NCBI GenBank assembly: GCA_038150265.1
Contig: JAYOTF010000014.1
Span: forward strand, 11,186 to 75,185
Reading direction: 5' to 3'
DNA length: 64,000 nt
From: Deltaproteobacteria bacterium
Lineage (GTDB): Bacteria; SAR324; NAC60-12
Position numbers and translations under genes: made by a program. Below, one piece after another: positions 1 through 9,523 of the stretch (within the stretch, counting starts at the first letter, position 1; every line of letters starts with the position of its first letter). The notes below the pieces were generated by a model. That model worked only from the letters and a program-made list of their open reading frames with translations. It was not told the origin of the DNA and did no database searches.

Positions 1-84
1 TGTGATCACCTCGGGGCCTTCGTCAAAGACGGTGGCGGCGAGGCTGTTGGTGGTGCCAAGGTCAATTCCGATGATGCGTTCCAT
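1..84 (-). CDS. hscA: Hsp70-family Fe-S chaperone HscA, N-terminal fragment (runs off the window)
   Basis: Manual translation of the reverse strand from ATG at 84: MERIIGIDLGTTNSLAATVFDEGPEVIT (Hsp70 GIDLGTTNS motif); lies directly after hscB. Confidence 0.85.
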   Translation of the reverse strand, partial: MERIIGIDLGTTNSLAATVFDEGPEVIT

Positions 85-100
85 GAAGGGTCACGTGGGG

Positions 101-703
101 TCAGGAGTGAGGAAAGCGTTCCAGGAGGCGGCGCAGGTAGCGCTCTGCGTTGAGCGTCGTTTGAATGTGCTGCAGCGCCTCCGGATCGGGCTGGGCCTCG
201 ACAGCGGCAAACTGCTGAGGCAATTCTGCCAGAAGCGCGGCATGACGCGCCTGAAGGTCCTGCTGGGTCTGCGTTTGCTCCGCCTCGGAGCCCGACTCCA
301 GCAAATCGTCCAGGGATTCCTGAAGCAGGAACATCTCTTCCAGAAATCCGGGAGGCAGGCTCCGTTCATCCAGGGGGCGGGTGGCCAGTTGCGGGAGGAG
401 GTACGCCGCTCGCGAAACCGGATTCCGCAGGGCCTCCACCGCGCGGTTGAGCAACGAGGACGACAGCTCGCTCTGATGCTGCTCACGTCGCCCAGCCGCC
501 GCATAAAAATCCGGATGCAGCTCCACCACCAGCCGCTGAAACTGCGCCTCCAGCTCCTTCAGGTCCAGCGCAAAGGAGGCCGGGAGCCCAACGGCTTCAA
601 AGTAGCTCAGCGTGTGAGGGGGGTGCTGCAGGGTGTTGCAGGTGAAGCAGAACAGCCGAGACTGCAAGGCTGCTTCACACTGCTCACAAGAGAAGGAACT
701 CAA
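101..703 (-). CDS. hscB: Fe-S co-chaperone HscB with N-terminal CxxC...CxxC domain
   Basis: J-domain with LHPDFY, LNRAVEAL..P..RAAYLL and FLEEMF motifs; probable TTG start at 703, just after the iscU stop. Confidence 0.9.
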   Translation of the reverse strand: MSSFSCEQCEAALQSRLFCFTCNTLQHPPHTLSYFEAVGLPASFALDLKELEAQFQRLVVELHPDFYAAAGRREQHQSELSSSLLNRAVEALRNPVSRAAYLLPQLATRPLDERSLPPGFLEEMFLLQESLDDLLESGSEAEQTQTQQDLQARHAALLAELPQQFAAVEAQPDPEALQHIQTTLNAERYLRRLLERFPHS

Positions 704-708
704 GGGAC

Positions 709-1086
709 TCAGGCGGTTCGGGACTGGTAATCCTTGATGGCGGCCTTGATGGCGTCTTCTGCCAGCACCGAACAGTGGATCTTGACGGGCGGCAGAGAGA
801 GTTCCTCCACGATCTCGGTGTTCTTGATCGCCATTGCTTCGTCCAGCGTCCGGCCCTTGACCCATTCGGTCGCCAGGGAAGAGGACGCGATGGCCGAGCC
901 GCACCCGAAGGTCTTGAACTTGGCATCCACAATGCGGTCGTTCTCCACCTTGATCTGCAGCTTCATCACGTCTCCGCACTCCGGTGCGCCGACGAGTCCG
1001 GTGCCCACGCCTTCTTCTTCCTTGCCGAAGCTTCCGACGTTTCGGGGGTCTTGGTAATGATCGACTACTTTTTCACTGTAAGCCAT
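709..1086 (-). CDS. iscU: Fe-S scaffold IscU
   Basis: MAYSEKVVDHY, GAPECGDVMKLQI, FGCGSAIASSS, LPPVKIHCS. Confidence 0.98.
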   Translation of the reverse strand: MAYSEKVVDHYQDPRNVGSFGKEEEGVGTGLVGAPECGDVMKLQIKVENDRIVDAKFKTFGCGSAIASSSLATEWVKGRTLDEAMAIKNTEIVEELSLPPVKIHCSVLAEDAIKAAIKDYQSRTA

Positions 1087-1107
1087 TGAGTCTCCTGTAC
1101 AAAGGGA

Positions 1108-2322
1108 TTAGTGAGAGGTCCACTGGACCGTTGTGAGGTCAATGCCGTCCTGCACCATTTCATAAAGGGGGGACATCTCTCGCAAGCGTTTGACGGCCTT
1201 CGCCACCTCAGCCGCGGCATAGTCCACCTCTTCCAGAGTCGTGAAGCGCCCCACGCCAAAGCGGATGGAGGAGTGGGCAAGATCGTCTCCGACTCCAAGG
1301 GCATGCAGGACATAAGAGGGCTCCAGGCTGGCGGAGGTGCAGGCTGATCCGGAGGACACCGCAATGTCGCCAATGCCCATCATCAGGCTCTCTCCCTCGA
1401 CATACCCAAAGCTCAGATTCAGGTTGTTGGGCAGCCGCTCCGTGGGATGCCCGTTGAGGAACACGTAGTCCAGCTCCGCCGTCAGCTTGCTGTAGAGCCG
1501 TTGACGGAGGCTGATCTGCCGTTCGGTCTCCGAGGCCATTTCCTCGGCACAGAGTTCCGCGGCCTTCGCCATGCCGACCACACCGGTCACATTGAGCGTT
1601 CCAGACCGCAGCCCGCGCTCGTGACCTCCGCCAAACATCACGGGGGCCAGGCGTGCCCGGGGTCGCTTGCGACGGACGTAGAGGGCGCCGACGCCTTTCG
1701 GGCCGTACATCTTGTGCCCACTCAGAGAGAGCAGGTCGATGTTCATTTCATCCACATTGATGGGAATCTTCGCATACGCCTGAGTGGCGTCGGTGTGGAA
1801 GAGCACCCCGTGCTTGCGGGTGATGCGCCCAATCTCCGCAAGCGGGTGGAGGGTCCCGATTTCATTGTTGCCCGCCATCAGCGAAACCAGCACGGTGTCG
1901 GGCCGGATGGAGCGCTCCAGCTGCTCAAGGTCGATGCACCCGTCCTGATCCACATCCAGGAAGGTGACCTCCCAGCCCTGCTGCTCCAGCGCATGGAAGG
2001 GGTCGATCACGGCCTTGTGCTCAATCGGGCTGGTGATCAGGTGCTTGCCCTTGCTCTTGTGGAACTCGGCAGCGCCCAAAATGGCAATGTTGTTCGATTC
2101 CGTTGCCCCGCTGGTGAAGATGATCTCCTTGCCGGTGGCGTGAATGACGCTGCCCAGCAGCTCGCGTGCATCTTCAACGGCCTTTTCTGCCGTCCACCCA
2201 AAGGAGTGGTTCCGGCTCGCAGCATTGCCGTAGATTTCAGTAAAGTACGGAAGCATCGCCTCCACCACCCGTGGATCGGTGGGAGTGGTGGCGTTGTAAT
2301 CAAGATAGATGGGCAGTTTCAT
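1108..2322 (-). CDS. iscS: Cysteine desulfurase IscS
   Basis: [24 protein letters not shown] (PLP Lys), SSGSACTS (catalytic Cys); start trimmed to ATG 2322. Confidence 0.98.
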   Translation of the reverse strand: MKLPIYLDYNATTPTDPRVVEAMLPYFTEIYGNAASRNHSFGWTAEKAVEDARELLGSVIHATGKEIIFTSGATESNNIAILGAAEFHKSKGKHLITSPIEHKAVIDPFHALEQQGWEVTFLDVDQDGCIDLEQLERSIRPDTVLVSLMAGNNEIGTLHPLAEIGRITRKHGVLFHTDATQAYAKIPINVDEMNIDLLSLSGHKMYGPKGVGALYVRRKRPRARLAPVMFGGGHERGLRSGTLNVTGVVGMAKAAELCAEEMASETERQISLRQRLYSKLTAELDYVFLNGHPTERLPNNLNLSFGYVEGESLMMGIGDIAVSSGSACTSASLEPSYVLHALGVGDDLAHSSIRFGVGRFTTLEEVDYAAAEVAKAVKRLREMSPLYEMVQDGIDLTTVQWTSH

Positions 2323-2749
2323 ACGGCTCTTTGACGCTTTGGGGAAGCACCGCTTCCTCGATGATCGACGCAAGGGTTGTGGCTTCCATGAACGCCTGAA
2401 TGCGCTGATGGAGCACCGTCAGGGGACCTCGGGTGGGACAATTCTGGGCCACCTGGCAACGGTCCTCCTCATGGATGCATTCTACAAGTTGAAACTCCCC
2501 GTCCATGGCCCGCACCACCTCAGCCAGCGTGATGGCCTCTGCCGGACGAGCCAGCACGTACCCGCCTCGCTGCCCCCGAATCGATTCGGCGACTCCGGCT
2601 CCCACCAACTGCTTGAGGATGTTGGCAGCCATCGGCTGAGGCAGGTGGTAGTGTGCCGAAACCTCCTGAGCGCTCACGGGGTCCTCGGACTCTCCAAGAT
2701 GACTGAGCAAAATGATGGCGTAGTCGGTCTTTTTCGAGAGCTTCAACAT
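2300..2749 (-). CDS. Rrf2-family Fe-S regulator (IscR/SUF-regulator-like)
   Basis: [24 protein letters not shown] wing, three Cys ([15 protein letters not shown]); first gene of the isc operon. Confidence 0.9.
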   Translation of the reverse strand: MLKLSKKTDYAIILLSHLGESEDPVSAQEVSAHYHLPQPMAANILKQLVGAGVAESIRGQRGGYVLARPAEAITLAEVVRAMDGEFQLVECIHEEDRCQVAQNCPTRGPLTVLHQRIQAFMEATTLASIIEEAVLPQSVKEPYETAHLS

Positions 2750-2783
2750 TGTCGGATTCCCTGATGAATTTTAACCTGAAATC

Positions 2784-2812
2784 AAATTAGCACTGGTTCG
2801 GTGCTATTTCAA
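2784..2812 (-). promoter_or_regulatory. sigma70-type promoter of the isc operon with a palindromic operator in the spacer
   Basis: Minus strand TTGAAA-17nt-TAATTT with an extended TGn; inverted repeat TAGCAC-N7-GTGCTA at 2788-2806. Confidence 0.65.
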
Positions 2813-2945
2813 ACAGAAATCCATGGGCAGGGGCGAATTTCCTGAGGCACTGGGGCAGACGAGCCCCGGCAAGAGGGGGGCACCCCGGAGCAAGGTGGCT
2901 CCTCAGGGGCAAGCAGGGCGGGGAAAAACCGGAGTCATGCCGGTC

Positions 2946-3191
2946 TCAGGGGCGATCGGCCGTTTCCAGAGCCGTGTTCACCATCAGCGCCGACTGGCCA
3001 TCTCGGTTCAGCACCTCAATCTCCAGCGAGTCCGGAGCAATCTTGAAGTACCGGGAAATGACGGCGTAAAGGTCTTGTTTCATGGCACTCTGGTCCGCGT
3101 CTGAAAGCTGAATGCGGTCCTTGCTGAGCACGAGCTGCAGGCGGTTTTTTGCCGAGTTGGCACTCTGCCGTTTGCGCAATAGGCTGAACAT
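2946..3191 (-). CDS. minE: Cell division topological specificity factor MinE
   Basis: SANSAKNRLQLVLSKDR; follows minD. Confidence 0.93.
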   Translation of the reverse strand: MFSLLRKRQSANSAKNRLQLVLSKDRIQLSDADQSAMKQDLYAVISRYFKIAPDSLEIEVLNRDGQSALMVNTALETADRP

Positions 3192-3200
3192 AGGGGTCCT

Positions 3201-3980
3201 TTACCTTCCGAAGAGTTTGGCCAACAGTCCGCGTTTTTCCTCAAAACTGGGAATCGGCAGGTCCTCCCCCATCAGGCGACGGGAGATGCGGTGGTAGGCT
3301 TGTCCGGCTGGGGACTGCTCATTGAGAACCGCCGGAACCCCCTGGTTGCCCGAAACCACAATTTCGGAATCCTCCGGAACCACGCCCAGCAGGTGCACCG
3401 ACAGGATGTCCACAACGTCCTCCTGGCTCATCATTTCTCCGGCTTCCACCATCCGGATGGAGAGGCGGTTGACAATCAGGTCGGTGTTGACGCCATGGTG
3501 CTGCAGGAGGCCAATGATGCGGTCGGCATCCCGGACGGCAGAGACCTCCGGAGTGGTCACCACCAGAGAGCGGTCGGCTCCGGAAATGGCATTCTTGAAG
3601 CCCTGCTCAATCCCGGCCGGACAGTCGATCATGACAAAGTCGAACTCCTGCTTCAGCTCGGCATTGAGCTTTTCCATCTCTTCCGGAGAGACGGCATTCT
3701 TGTCATCGACCTGTGAGGTGGCCAGGAGGTACAGGTTCGGGTTCCGCTTGTCTCGGATCAGCGCCTGACGCGCCGAGCACCGCCCCTTGACCACATCAAC
3801 GAGGTTGTAGACGATGCGGTTCTCCAGCCCCATGATCAGGTCCAGGTTCCGCAAGCCGATGTCGGCATCAACGGCAACCACCTTCTTCCCCGCATTGGCC
3901 AACGCGGTGCTCAGGTTGGCGGTGGTGGTGGTTTTCCCGACTCCTCCCTTTCCGGAGGTGACGACAATGGCTTCGCTCAT
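3201..3980 (-). CDS. minD: Septum site-determining ATPase MinD
   Basis: SGKGGVGKTT, DADIGLRNLD, DCPAGIEQGF, C-terminal amphipathic GLLAKLFG. Confidence 0.98.
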   Translation of the reverse strand: MSEAIVVTSGKGGVGKTTTTANLSTALANAGKKVVAVDADIGLRNLDLIMGLENRIVYNLVDVVKGRCSARQALIRDKRNPNLYLLATSQVDDKNAVSPEEMEKLNAELKQEFDFVMIDCPAGIEQGFKNAISGADRSLVVTTPEVSAVRDADRIIGLLQHHGVNTDLIVNRLSIRMVEAGEMMSQEDVVDILSVHLLGVVPEDSEIVVSGNQGVPAVLNEQSPAGQAYHRISRRLMGEDLPIPSFEEKRGLLAKLFGR

Positions 3981-4025
3981 GAATCCTCAATGACGCTAAA
4001 GTTGGCAGCGCTGGGCGCTACGGAA

Positions 4026-4874
4026 TCACAGTTTCAGGGTTCCCAGGGTGATCAGGGGCAAGCCACTTCGGCCCATGCCCCGTTTCTTGTTCTCGTGCCG
4101 ACGGGCGCCCTGGATCAGGGCCTGCAGTTCCGACATTTCATAGGGCGGGCTTTCAATGACAATCTGCCCATTTTCCACAAAGGCTTTTTCTGGCCCCAGG
4201 AGGTAGGGAGAGGCTTCTTCGGCGGGGGGACGGGCGTACAGGCCTCCGATGCGCAGCTGCGTGGGAGCGAGGCGCAGCGCCACGACCACGGCGCTCAGGT
4301 CTCCTGAAGCACCGGCATGCACCACCCCCCGGACGGCTCCCAGGACCATGACGTTGCCTTCCGAGACAATCTCCGCCCCAGCGTTCAGGTCTCCAAACAG
4401 CACCACCGACTCAGAGGCATGAACCTTCTGTCCAGAGCGCAGGGTCTGGGCGACAATCAATCCGGGATCGGTTCGCAGGCCTGCCAGGGGATCGGTCGCT
4501 TCGAGGGGGGGCACCTCGACTTCCACAACGTCTGTTGGCGCCTCCAGGGTTGGAAGCGAAAGCTGGGTCTGCGCCGGCACGGGGGAAGGGGCGTCTTCCG
4601 GAGGCGGAGCGGGAGGAAGCTCAGGAGGAAGGAGTTGCAGATCCCCTTCTTTCAGAATCGACCGAAGGCTGTCAAACTCTTCAGAGGTGACGGTGCGTCC
4701 GGGACGCAAGCGAATGGGCGAGCCCTTGAAGAACCGGTGGGTGGCATGCTCATGCACCATGCGGCGCAGATCCTGCTGAACCCGGGCGAAGGGGGCCGAG
4801 TCATCCAGCACCAGGCCCAGGGAGCCGCCGTATCCCTTTATTTCCACCGAGCGTTCGGCCTCAGCCCAACTCAT
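4026..4874 (-). CDS. minC: Septum site-determining protein MinC
   Basis: TLRSGQKV, GDLNAGAEIVSEGNVMVLGAVRGVVHAG, LAPTQLRIG; Pro-rich linker; start uncertain (4874 or 4913). Confidence 0.92.
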   Translation of the reverse strand: MSWAEAERSVEIKGYGGSLGLVLDDSAPFARVQQDLRRMVHEHATHRFFKGSPIRLRPGRTVTSEEFDSLRSILKEGDLQLLPPELPPAPPPEDAPSPVPAQTQLSLPTLEAPTDVVEVEVPPLEATDPLAGLRTDPGLIVAQTLRSGQKVHASESVVLFGDLNAGAEIVSEGNVMVLGAVRGVVHAGASGDLSAVVVALRLAPTQLRIGGLYARPPAEEASPYLLGPEKAFVENGQIVIESPPYEMSELQALIQGARRHENKKRGMGRSGLPLITLGTLKL

Positions 4875-5003
4875 TTTCCATCCATTGAGTGCAGTGGTCG
4901 TATCCAAGACCACCTATTACTACCACATGCTTGAAAAGACACAACTCCTTCGCCTAGACTTTCTCCGGCAACACCGCCCGTTGCCGCGCGCCAGAGCCGG
5001 CTC

Positions 5004-5441
5004 ATGACCTCGCTCGAGTTGGGAGCCTGGGGCCTGCTGATCCTCTCCGGAGTCGCTGTGCTGGGGCTCTTGGGAGCACTGAGCCTGGCCGTTCGGCACC
5101 GGGCGGTCCGGACCCGGAAGCGGTTCTCCCGCTGCGACCGCGTGGTGCGGGCCCCTCAGGCCGTGCTCTGGGGGCGTCCGGTGGCCGATTGGGCCCTGGC
5201 CTTCTATGCGGGCGTTCTGCTGAGCGCCTTGCTGGGCCTGTACCAGGACGCCCGCTGGCTCTGGATTCTGGACGGGGCGGTTATTGTGGGGGTGGGAGCA
5301 ACATGTTACTATGCGTTCATTCTCTTGTTCCGACTCCGAACGGTGTGCATCGGCTGCTTGAAACTCTACTTTCTCAATCTGGTCATGGCAGCCCTGCTGA
5401 TCGATTATCACTGGAATGTGCTAACGCTTTTCTTCTCCTAG
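5004..5441 (+). CDS. VKOR-family membrane thiol oxidoreductase-like protein
   Basis: Four hydrophobic segments, CDRV...WGRPVA and C-terminal VCIGC (CxxC). Confidence 0.75.
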   Translation: MTSLELGAWGLLILSGVAVLGLLGALSLAVRHRAVRTRKRFSRCDRVVRAPQAVLWGRPVADWALAFYAGVLLSALLGLYQDARWLWILDGAVIVGVGATCYYAFILLFRLRTVCIGCLKLYFLNLVMAALLIDYHWNVLTLFFS

Positions 5442-5461
5442 ATACCCTTCTGAATGAGGCC

Positions 5462-7684
5462 ATGATGGACGCATCCTTAAAGAGCTTGCTGACGCAGTCT
5501 GTCCAGCGGGACGTTTCTGATGAGATCTTTTCCTTCAGCACCTACCTGGAGCTGCTCCACAAGGAGCCCTGGACGGCTCGGAACACCTTCCAGATGCTGC
5601 ATGACATGATCCTGGGCAGTGGTGTGGAGCATGCGATGCACTCGGGAAAACCGATCAAGCATCACTACCGCTTCTTTGAGAACGCCGAGATGATCGGCCC
5701 CTTTGTGGTGTTTGGTCAGCAAAAGGCAAAGGAGAACCTGATTGAAAAGATCAACAACGCCAGCCGGGGGCTGGAAGCCTCGAAACGCCTGTGGGTGCTG
5801 CTGGGACCTCCGGGCGCTGCCAAGTCCCGCTCCATGGATGGACTCAAGAACGCCCTCAAGGAGTACTCCCTGAGCCCGCAGGGCAAGACCTACACCCTGC
5901 TGCTTCCCACTGTCGATGAGCGCCTCAAGGACCGCGCCCTCTTTGAGGAAAACGGCGTCTGGTACCTCCAGTCCCCCATCTTTGAGCGACCGCTGCAGGT
6001 GATTCCGGAGTCGGCACGCAAGGCCTTTGCCGCCCAACTGACGCAGGACCTCGACCGGACCGCCGTAGAGGAGTGGCTCCACCAGCATCCTCATTACGAT
6101 GACGAGTTCGAGGTCCAGATCTCCGGACGCCTCTCGCCGTTCTCCGACTACGTCCTCCAGGACTTCATGCGGGCCAAGCGCATCGGTTTTGTAGAAATGC
6201 TGGAGTACCTGAAGGTCAAGCGCATGGTCTATGATGCCCAGACCAAAACCGGCATTGGCTCCTACACGCCACGCGATGAAAAGAGTCAGGAAGCCGGGTC
6301 GCTGGTGGGCAACATCGACTACAGCCTGCTTCCGCGCTTCGGGTCTGAAAGCCACCCGCTTGTTCACGACTACAAGGGCGAGCTGTGTGCCGGCGCCAAC
6401 GGCTTTGTGGAGATCCACGAGATCCTCAAGCTCTCGGACAAGTTCCTGTACGAGATGCTGTTTGCCACCCAGGACCGCTTCTTCAAGCCGGAGGGCCAAC
6501 CTCCGATTCCCTTCAGTGGCGTCATCATCGGGCACACGAACTTCCACGAGTTCAACATGTTCATGGAGAACTCGTCCTTTGAAGCCCTGCGGTCTCGGAC
6601 GACCTTCATTGAGATGCCCCTCTCCGTGGACTACCGGCAGGAGCAGAAGATCTACGAGTTCACCTACGCGAACGCCAGCCGGAACTGGAACAAGTCCAAG
6701 AAGCACCTGGCTCATACGGCGCCTCACAGCCTCACCCTGCTGAGCCTCGTCTCGGCCATGTCACGGCTGTATGAAAGCAAGCAGAACCCGAACCTGACGC
6801 TGCTCCAGAAGGCCCTCATCTATGCTGGACGCGCCGACAGCGGTGTGGACAACAACCTGGCCAAGATGATCATTGACGAGTTCGAGTTCACCAAACCCTC
6901 CGAAGGCACCTTCGGGCTCGACCCGCGCTTCATCCAGAACGTCTTTGAAAATACCGAACACTTCCAGGTCAACGAGTATGCCGCCAACATCAAGCGGCTT
7001 CAGGAAGAGTCCGGTGACCACGCCATGCTGACGTCCATTGCGCTCGAAAACCCGTGCGTGACGCCGCTCGACCTCTACGTCCGCATGCAGAGCAGCATCA
7101 AGGACAGCTTTGCCTCCCAGAAGACCCGGCTCAACCACTACGTGGAGAAGATCCTTCCACAGGCCAAGAGCTGGATCTTTGGGCAGATCGCCAGTGACGT
7201 CTACAGCGCCATCCTCCGGGACGACTCCGTGATTGAGACCACCTGGAAGAAGTACACCGACCACGTCCGGGCCTTTGTCCTCAATGCCAAGGTCAAGCAT
7301 GAGGTCACCCAGACCGACGTCCAGCCGGACGAAAAGTTCATGCAGTCCATTGAGCAGTACCTGGGGGTTCCGGACAAGGATGTCTTCCGGAAGGAGCTGA
7401 GTGACGCCATTGCCAGCGTCAGCTACAGCGTCATCCTCGCCGATGAGCCGAGCTACCAGAACGCCATCAAGAAGTACGTCTTTGAGAATGAATTCAAGTC
7501 CGGAGAGAACATGAAGCTCCTGGGCTGGATCAAGAGTGGAACCAGCACCGCCGTCGTCAACGACAAGGAGCAGGAGCGCCTCAACGAGACGATCCGCTAT
7601 CTGGTGGAGGTACAGGGGTACTGTGGGAAGTGCGCGTTCCAGGCCCTCACCATCACGGCAAACGCCTCGAGCATCATCCTCTAG
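5462..7684 (+). CDS. prkA: PrkA/YeaG-family AAA+ serine protein kinase
   Basis: LLGPPGAAKS Walker A variant, LVGNIDY, YKGELCAGANGFVEIHEILK, IIGHTN, EALRSR, C-terminal GYCGKCA; start trimmed to ATG 5462. Confidence 0.85.
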   Translation: MMDASLKSLLTQSVQRDVSDEIFSFSTYLELLHKEPWTARNTFQMLHDMILGSGVEHAMHSGKPIKHHYRFFENAEMIGPFVVFGQQKAKENLIEKINNASRGLEASKRLWVLLGPPGAAKSRSMDGLKNALKEYSLSPQGKTYTLLLPTVDERLKDRALFEENGVWYLQSPIFERPLQVIPESARKAFAAQLTQDLDRTAVEEWLHQHPHYDDEFEVQISGRLSPFSDYVLQDFMRAKRIGFVEMLEYLKVKRMVYDAQTKTGIGSYTPRDEKSQEAGSLVGNIDYSLLPRFGSESHPLVHDYKGELCAGANGFVEIHEILKLSDKFLYEMLFATQDRFFKPEGQPPIPFSGVIIGHTNFHEFNMFMENSSFEALRSRTTFIEMPLSVDYRQEQKIYEFTYANASRNWNKSKKHLAHTAPHSLTLLSLVSAMSRLYESKQNPNLTLLQKALIYAGRADSGVDNNLAKMIIDEFEFTKPSEGTFGLDPRFIQNVFENTEHFQVNEYAANIKRLQEESGDHAMLTSIALENPCVTPLDLYVRMQSSIKDSFASQKTRLNHYVEKILPQAKSWIFGQIASDVYSAILRDDSVIETTWKKYTDHVRAFVLNAKVKHEVTQTDVQPDEKFMQSIEQYLGVPDKDVFRKELSDAIASVSYSVILADEPSYQNAIKKYVFENEFKSGENMKLLGWIKSGTSTAVVNDKEQERLNETIRYLVEVQGYCGKCAFQALTITANASSIIL

Positions 7685-8181
7685 CTCGCCAAGCGCGGAG
7701 GGACCGGAGCGCGCTGCAGAATCCGGTCCTTCAGCTCGTCCACCAGCTTCTGGACAGCAGCCGCGACGGGCGCGGACAACTCGCGTCCGTAGTCCACGGA
7801 TTCGGCTTCGACCAGAAACACGGTCACATGCTGTGGAAAGCGCTCCGGATACAGACGCCGCCCGGTCATCAGGGCGTGATCCCAGCGGAAGTCATGAGAG
7901 TTGAAGGCCACATCCGAGTGCGTGGGCAGCTCCTCTTCCGTCAGCTCCAGGAGCGTCCCGGCCGGGGCTCCACTGGTGCAGGCGTCAATCACCCACAGCT
8001 CCTCACACCCCTGAGCAAGGAACATCAGGTCGATTCCGGAGGTCCCGGCTTCAACCAGATGCACCTCGGAAAGCGGCAGGGGCAGTTGGGCCTGAAGGGC
8101 CTCGATCACCTGCACCCCCACCCCGTCATCACGACGGTTGAGGTTGCCACACCCAATGACGCCCAGAGGAGACGCGTCCAA
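7681..8181 (-). CDS. Hydrogenase maturation protease (HycI/HupD family)
   Basis: IGCGNLNRRDDGVG, EAGTSG, VIDAC, SHDFRWDHAL; probable TTG start at 8181. Confidence 0.9.
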   Translation of the reverse strand: MDASPLGVIGCGNLNRRDDGVGVQVIEALQAQLPLPLSEVHLVEAGTSGIDLMFLAQGCEELWVIDACTSGAPAGTLLELTEEELPTHSDVAFNSHDFRWDHALMTGRRLYPERFPQHVTVFLVEAESVDYGRELSAPVAAAVQKLVDELKDRILQRAPVPPRLAS

Positions 8182-8288
8182 ACTTCTGATTCGTTTTTTC
8201 TTCTTGCTGGAACCTCTTTGCATTCTGCGCTAAGCTCGTCAAATTGATTCAAAAAGTTAACTCCCCGTCACCAGCCCCACTTTCCAGT

Positions 8289-9488
8289 ATGCCCACAAAT
8301 CTCCGGAAGTATACCCCACAATTTTCTCTGAAGTACGGATGCAACCCGCATCAGACACAAGCGGCGCTGCATACCCTGGGAGGGCTGTCGCTCCCGTTTC
8401 GGGTGCTCAATGGTCAACCGGGGTACATCAACCTGCTCGACGCCCTCAATGCGTGGCAGCTGGTGCAGGAGTTGGACACGGCGCTGGAGTTGCCGGCAGC
8501 AGCGTCCTTCAAGCACGTCAGTCCAGCAGGAGCCGCGGTGGGAGTGGAGCTGAGCCCAGAGCTGGAGCTGGCCTACGGCACCTCCAATCAGCGCCTCAGC
8601 CCACTGGCCCTGGCGTACGTCCGCGCGCGTGGGGCCGACCCCATGTCTTCGTTTGGGGACTTCATTGCCCTCAGCCGCACCGTTGATGCCGAAACAGCCG
8701 AGGTGCTCCGGACCACCGTTTCTGACGGCGTGATTGCCCCCGGATACGATGCGGAGGCGCTTCATGTGCTGCAAAAGAAGAAGCAGGGCAACTACCTGGT
8801 CCTGCAGGTCGATGAACACTACTCGGCCCCTGAGCAGGAATTCCGGGAGGTCTTTGGGGTGGGCTTTGAGCAAACCCGCAACACGCAGCCCCTCAACGCC
8901 GACACCCTCCTGCACACCTGCGTCACGGACCGCAAGGAGCTTCCGGAGGCCGCTCAGCGAGACCTCGTGCTCGCGTCCATCACCCTCAAGTACACGCAGT
9001 CCAACTCGGTCGGCTACGCCCTGGGGGGACAGATGATCGGCATCGGAGCCGGGCAGCAGAGCCGCATCGACTGCACCAAGCTTGCCGGACGCAAGGCCGA
9101 CCTCTGGTTCCTCCGGCAGCACCCGAAGGTGCTGGAGTTGCCCTTTGCGGACAGCGTCAAGGGGGTCGCCCGGACCAATGCCCGCATCGCCTACATCGAA
9201 GGGGACCTGACGCCCCCTGAGCAGGCACGCTGGGAACAGCTGTTCCTGCAACCACCGACGCCTCTGCGAGCCCCTGCCAAACGCAAGTGGCTCAGCGAGC
9301 AGACGGGAGTCAGCCTGGCATCAGATGCCTTTTTTCCCTTCCGAGATAACCTGGATCAGGCGTCACGACATGGGGTGTCTTACGTCGTGCAGCCGGGAGG
9401 AAGCAATCGAGATGAGGAAGTCATTGAAGCGGCCAATGAGCATGAGATGGTCATGGCCTTCTCCGGAATCCGCCTCTTCCATCACTGA
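8289..9488 (+). CDS. purH: AICAR transformylase (PurH C-terminal domain only)
   Basis: LKYGCNPHQ, SFKHVSPAG, KYTQSNSV, GAGQQSR, SDAFFPFRD, QPGGS, RLFHH; no IMP cyclohydrolase/MGS domain. Confidence 0.92.
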   Translation: MPTNLRKYTPQFSLKYGCNPHQTQAALHTLGGLSLPFRVLNGQPGYINLLDALNAWQLVQELDTALELPAAASFKHVSPAGAAVGVELSPELELAYGTSNQRLSPLALAYVRARGADPMSSFGDFIALSRTVDAETAEVLRTTVSDGVIAPGYDAEALHVLQKKKQGNYLVLQVDEHYSAPEQEFREVFGVGFEQTRNTQPLNADTLLHTCVTDRKELPEAAQRDLVLASITLKYTQSNSVGYALGGQMIGIGAGQQSRIDCTKLAGRKADLWFLRQHPKVLELPFADSVKGVARTNARIAYIEGDLTPPEQARWEQLFLQPPTPLRAPAKRKWLSEQTGVSLASDAFFPFRDNLDQASRHGVSYVVQPGGSNRDEEVIEAANEHEMVMAFSGIRLFHH

Positions 9489-9523
9489 ACGCAGGCAGTT
9501 GCCCACCTGCGTTCCAGACGAAC

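Noticed and set aside
5189..5461. N-terminal extension of PrkA, and similar extensions of hscB, cheB, cheD and cheA2 in the ORF track
   Set aside because: The extensions overlap neighbouring genes and lack family similarity; starts were trimmed.
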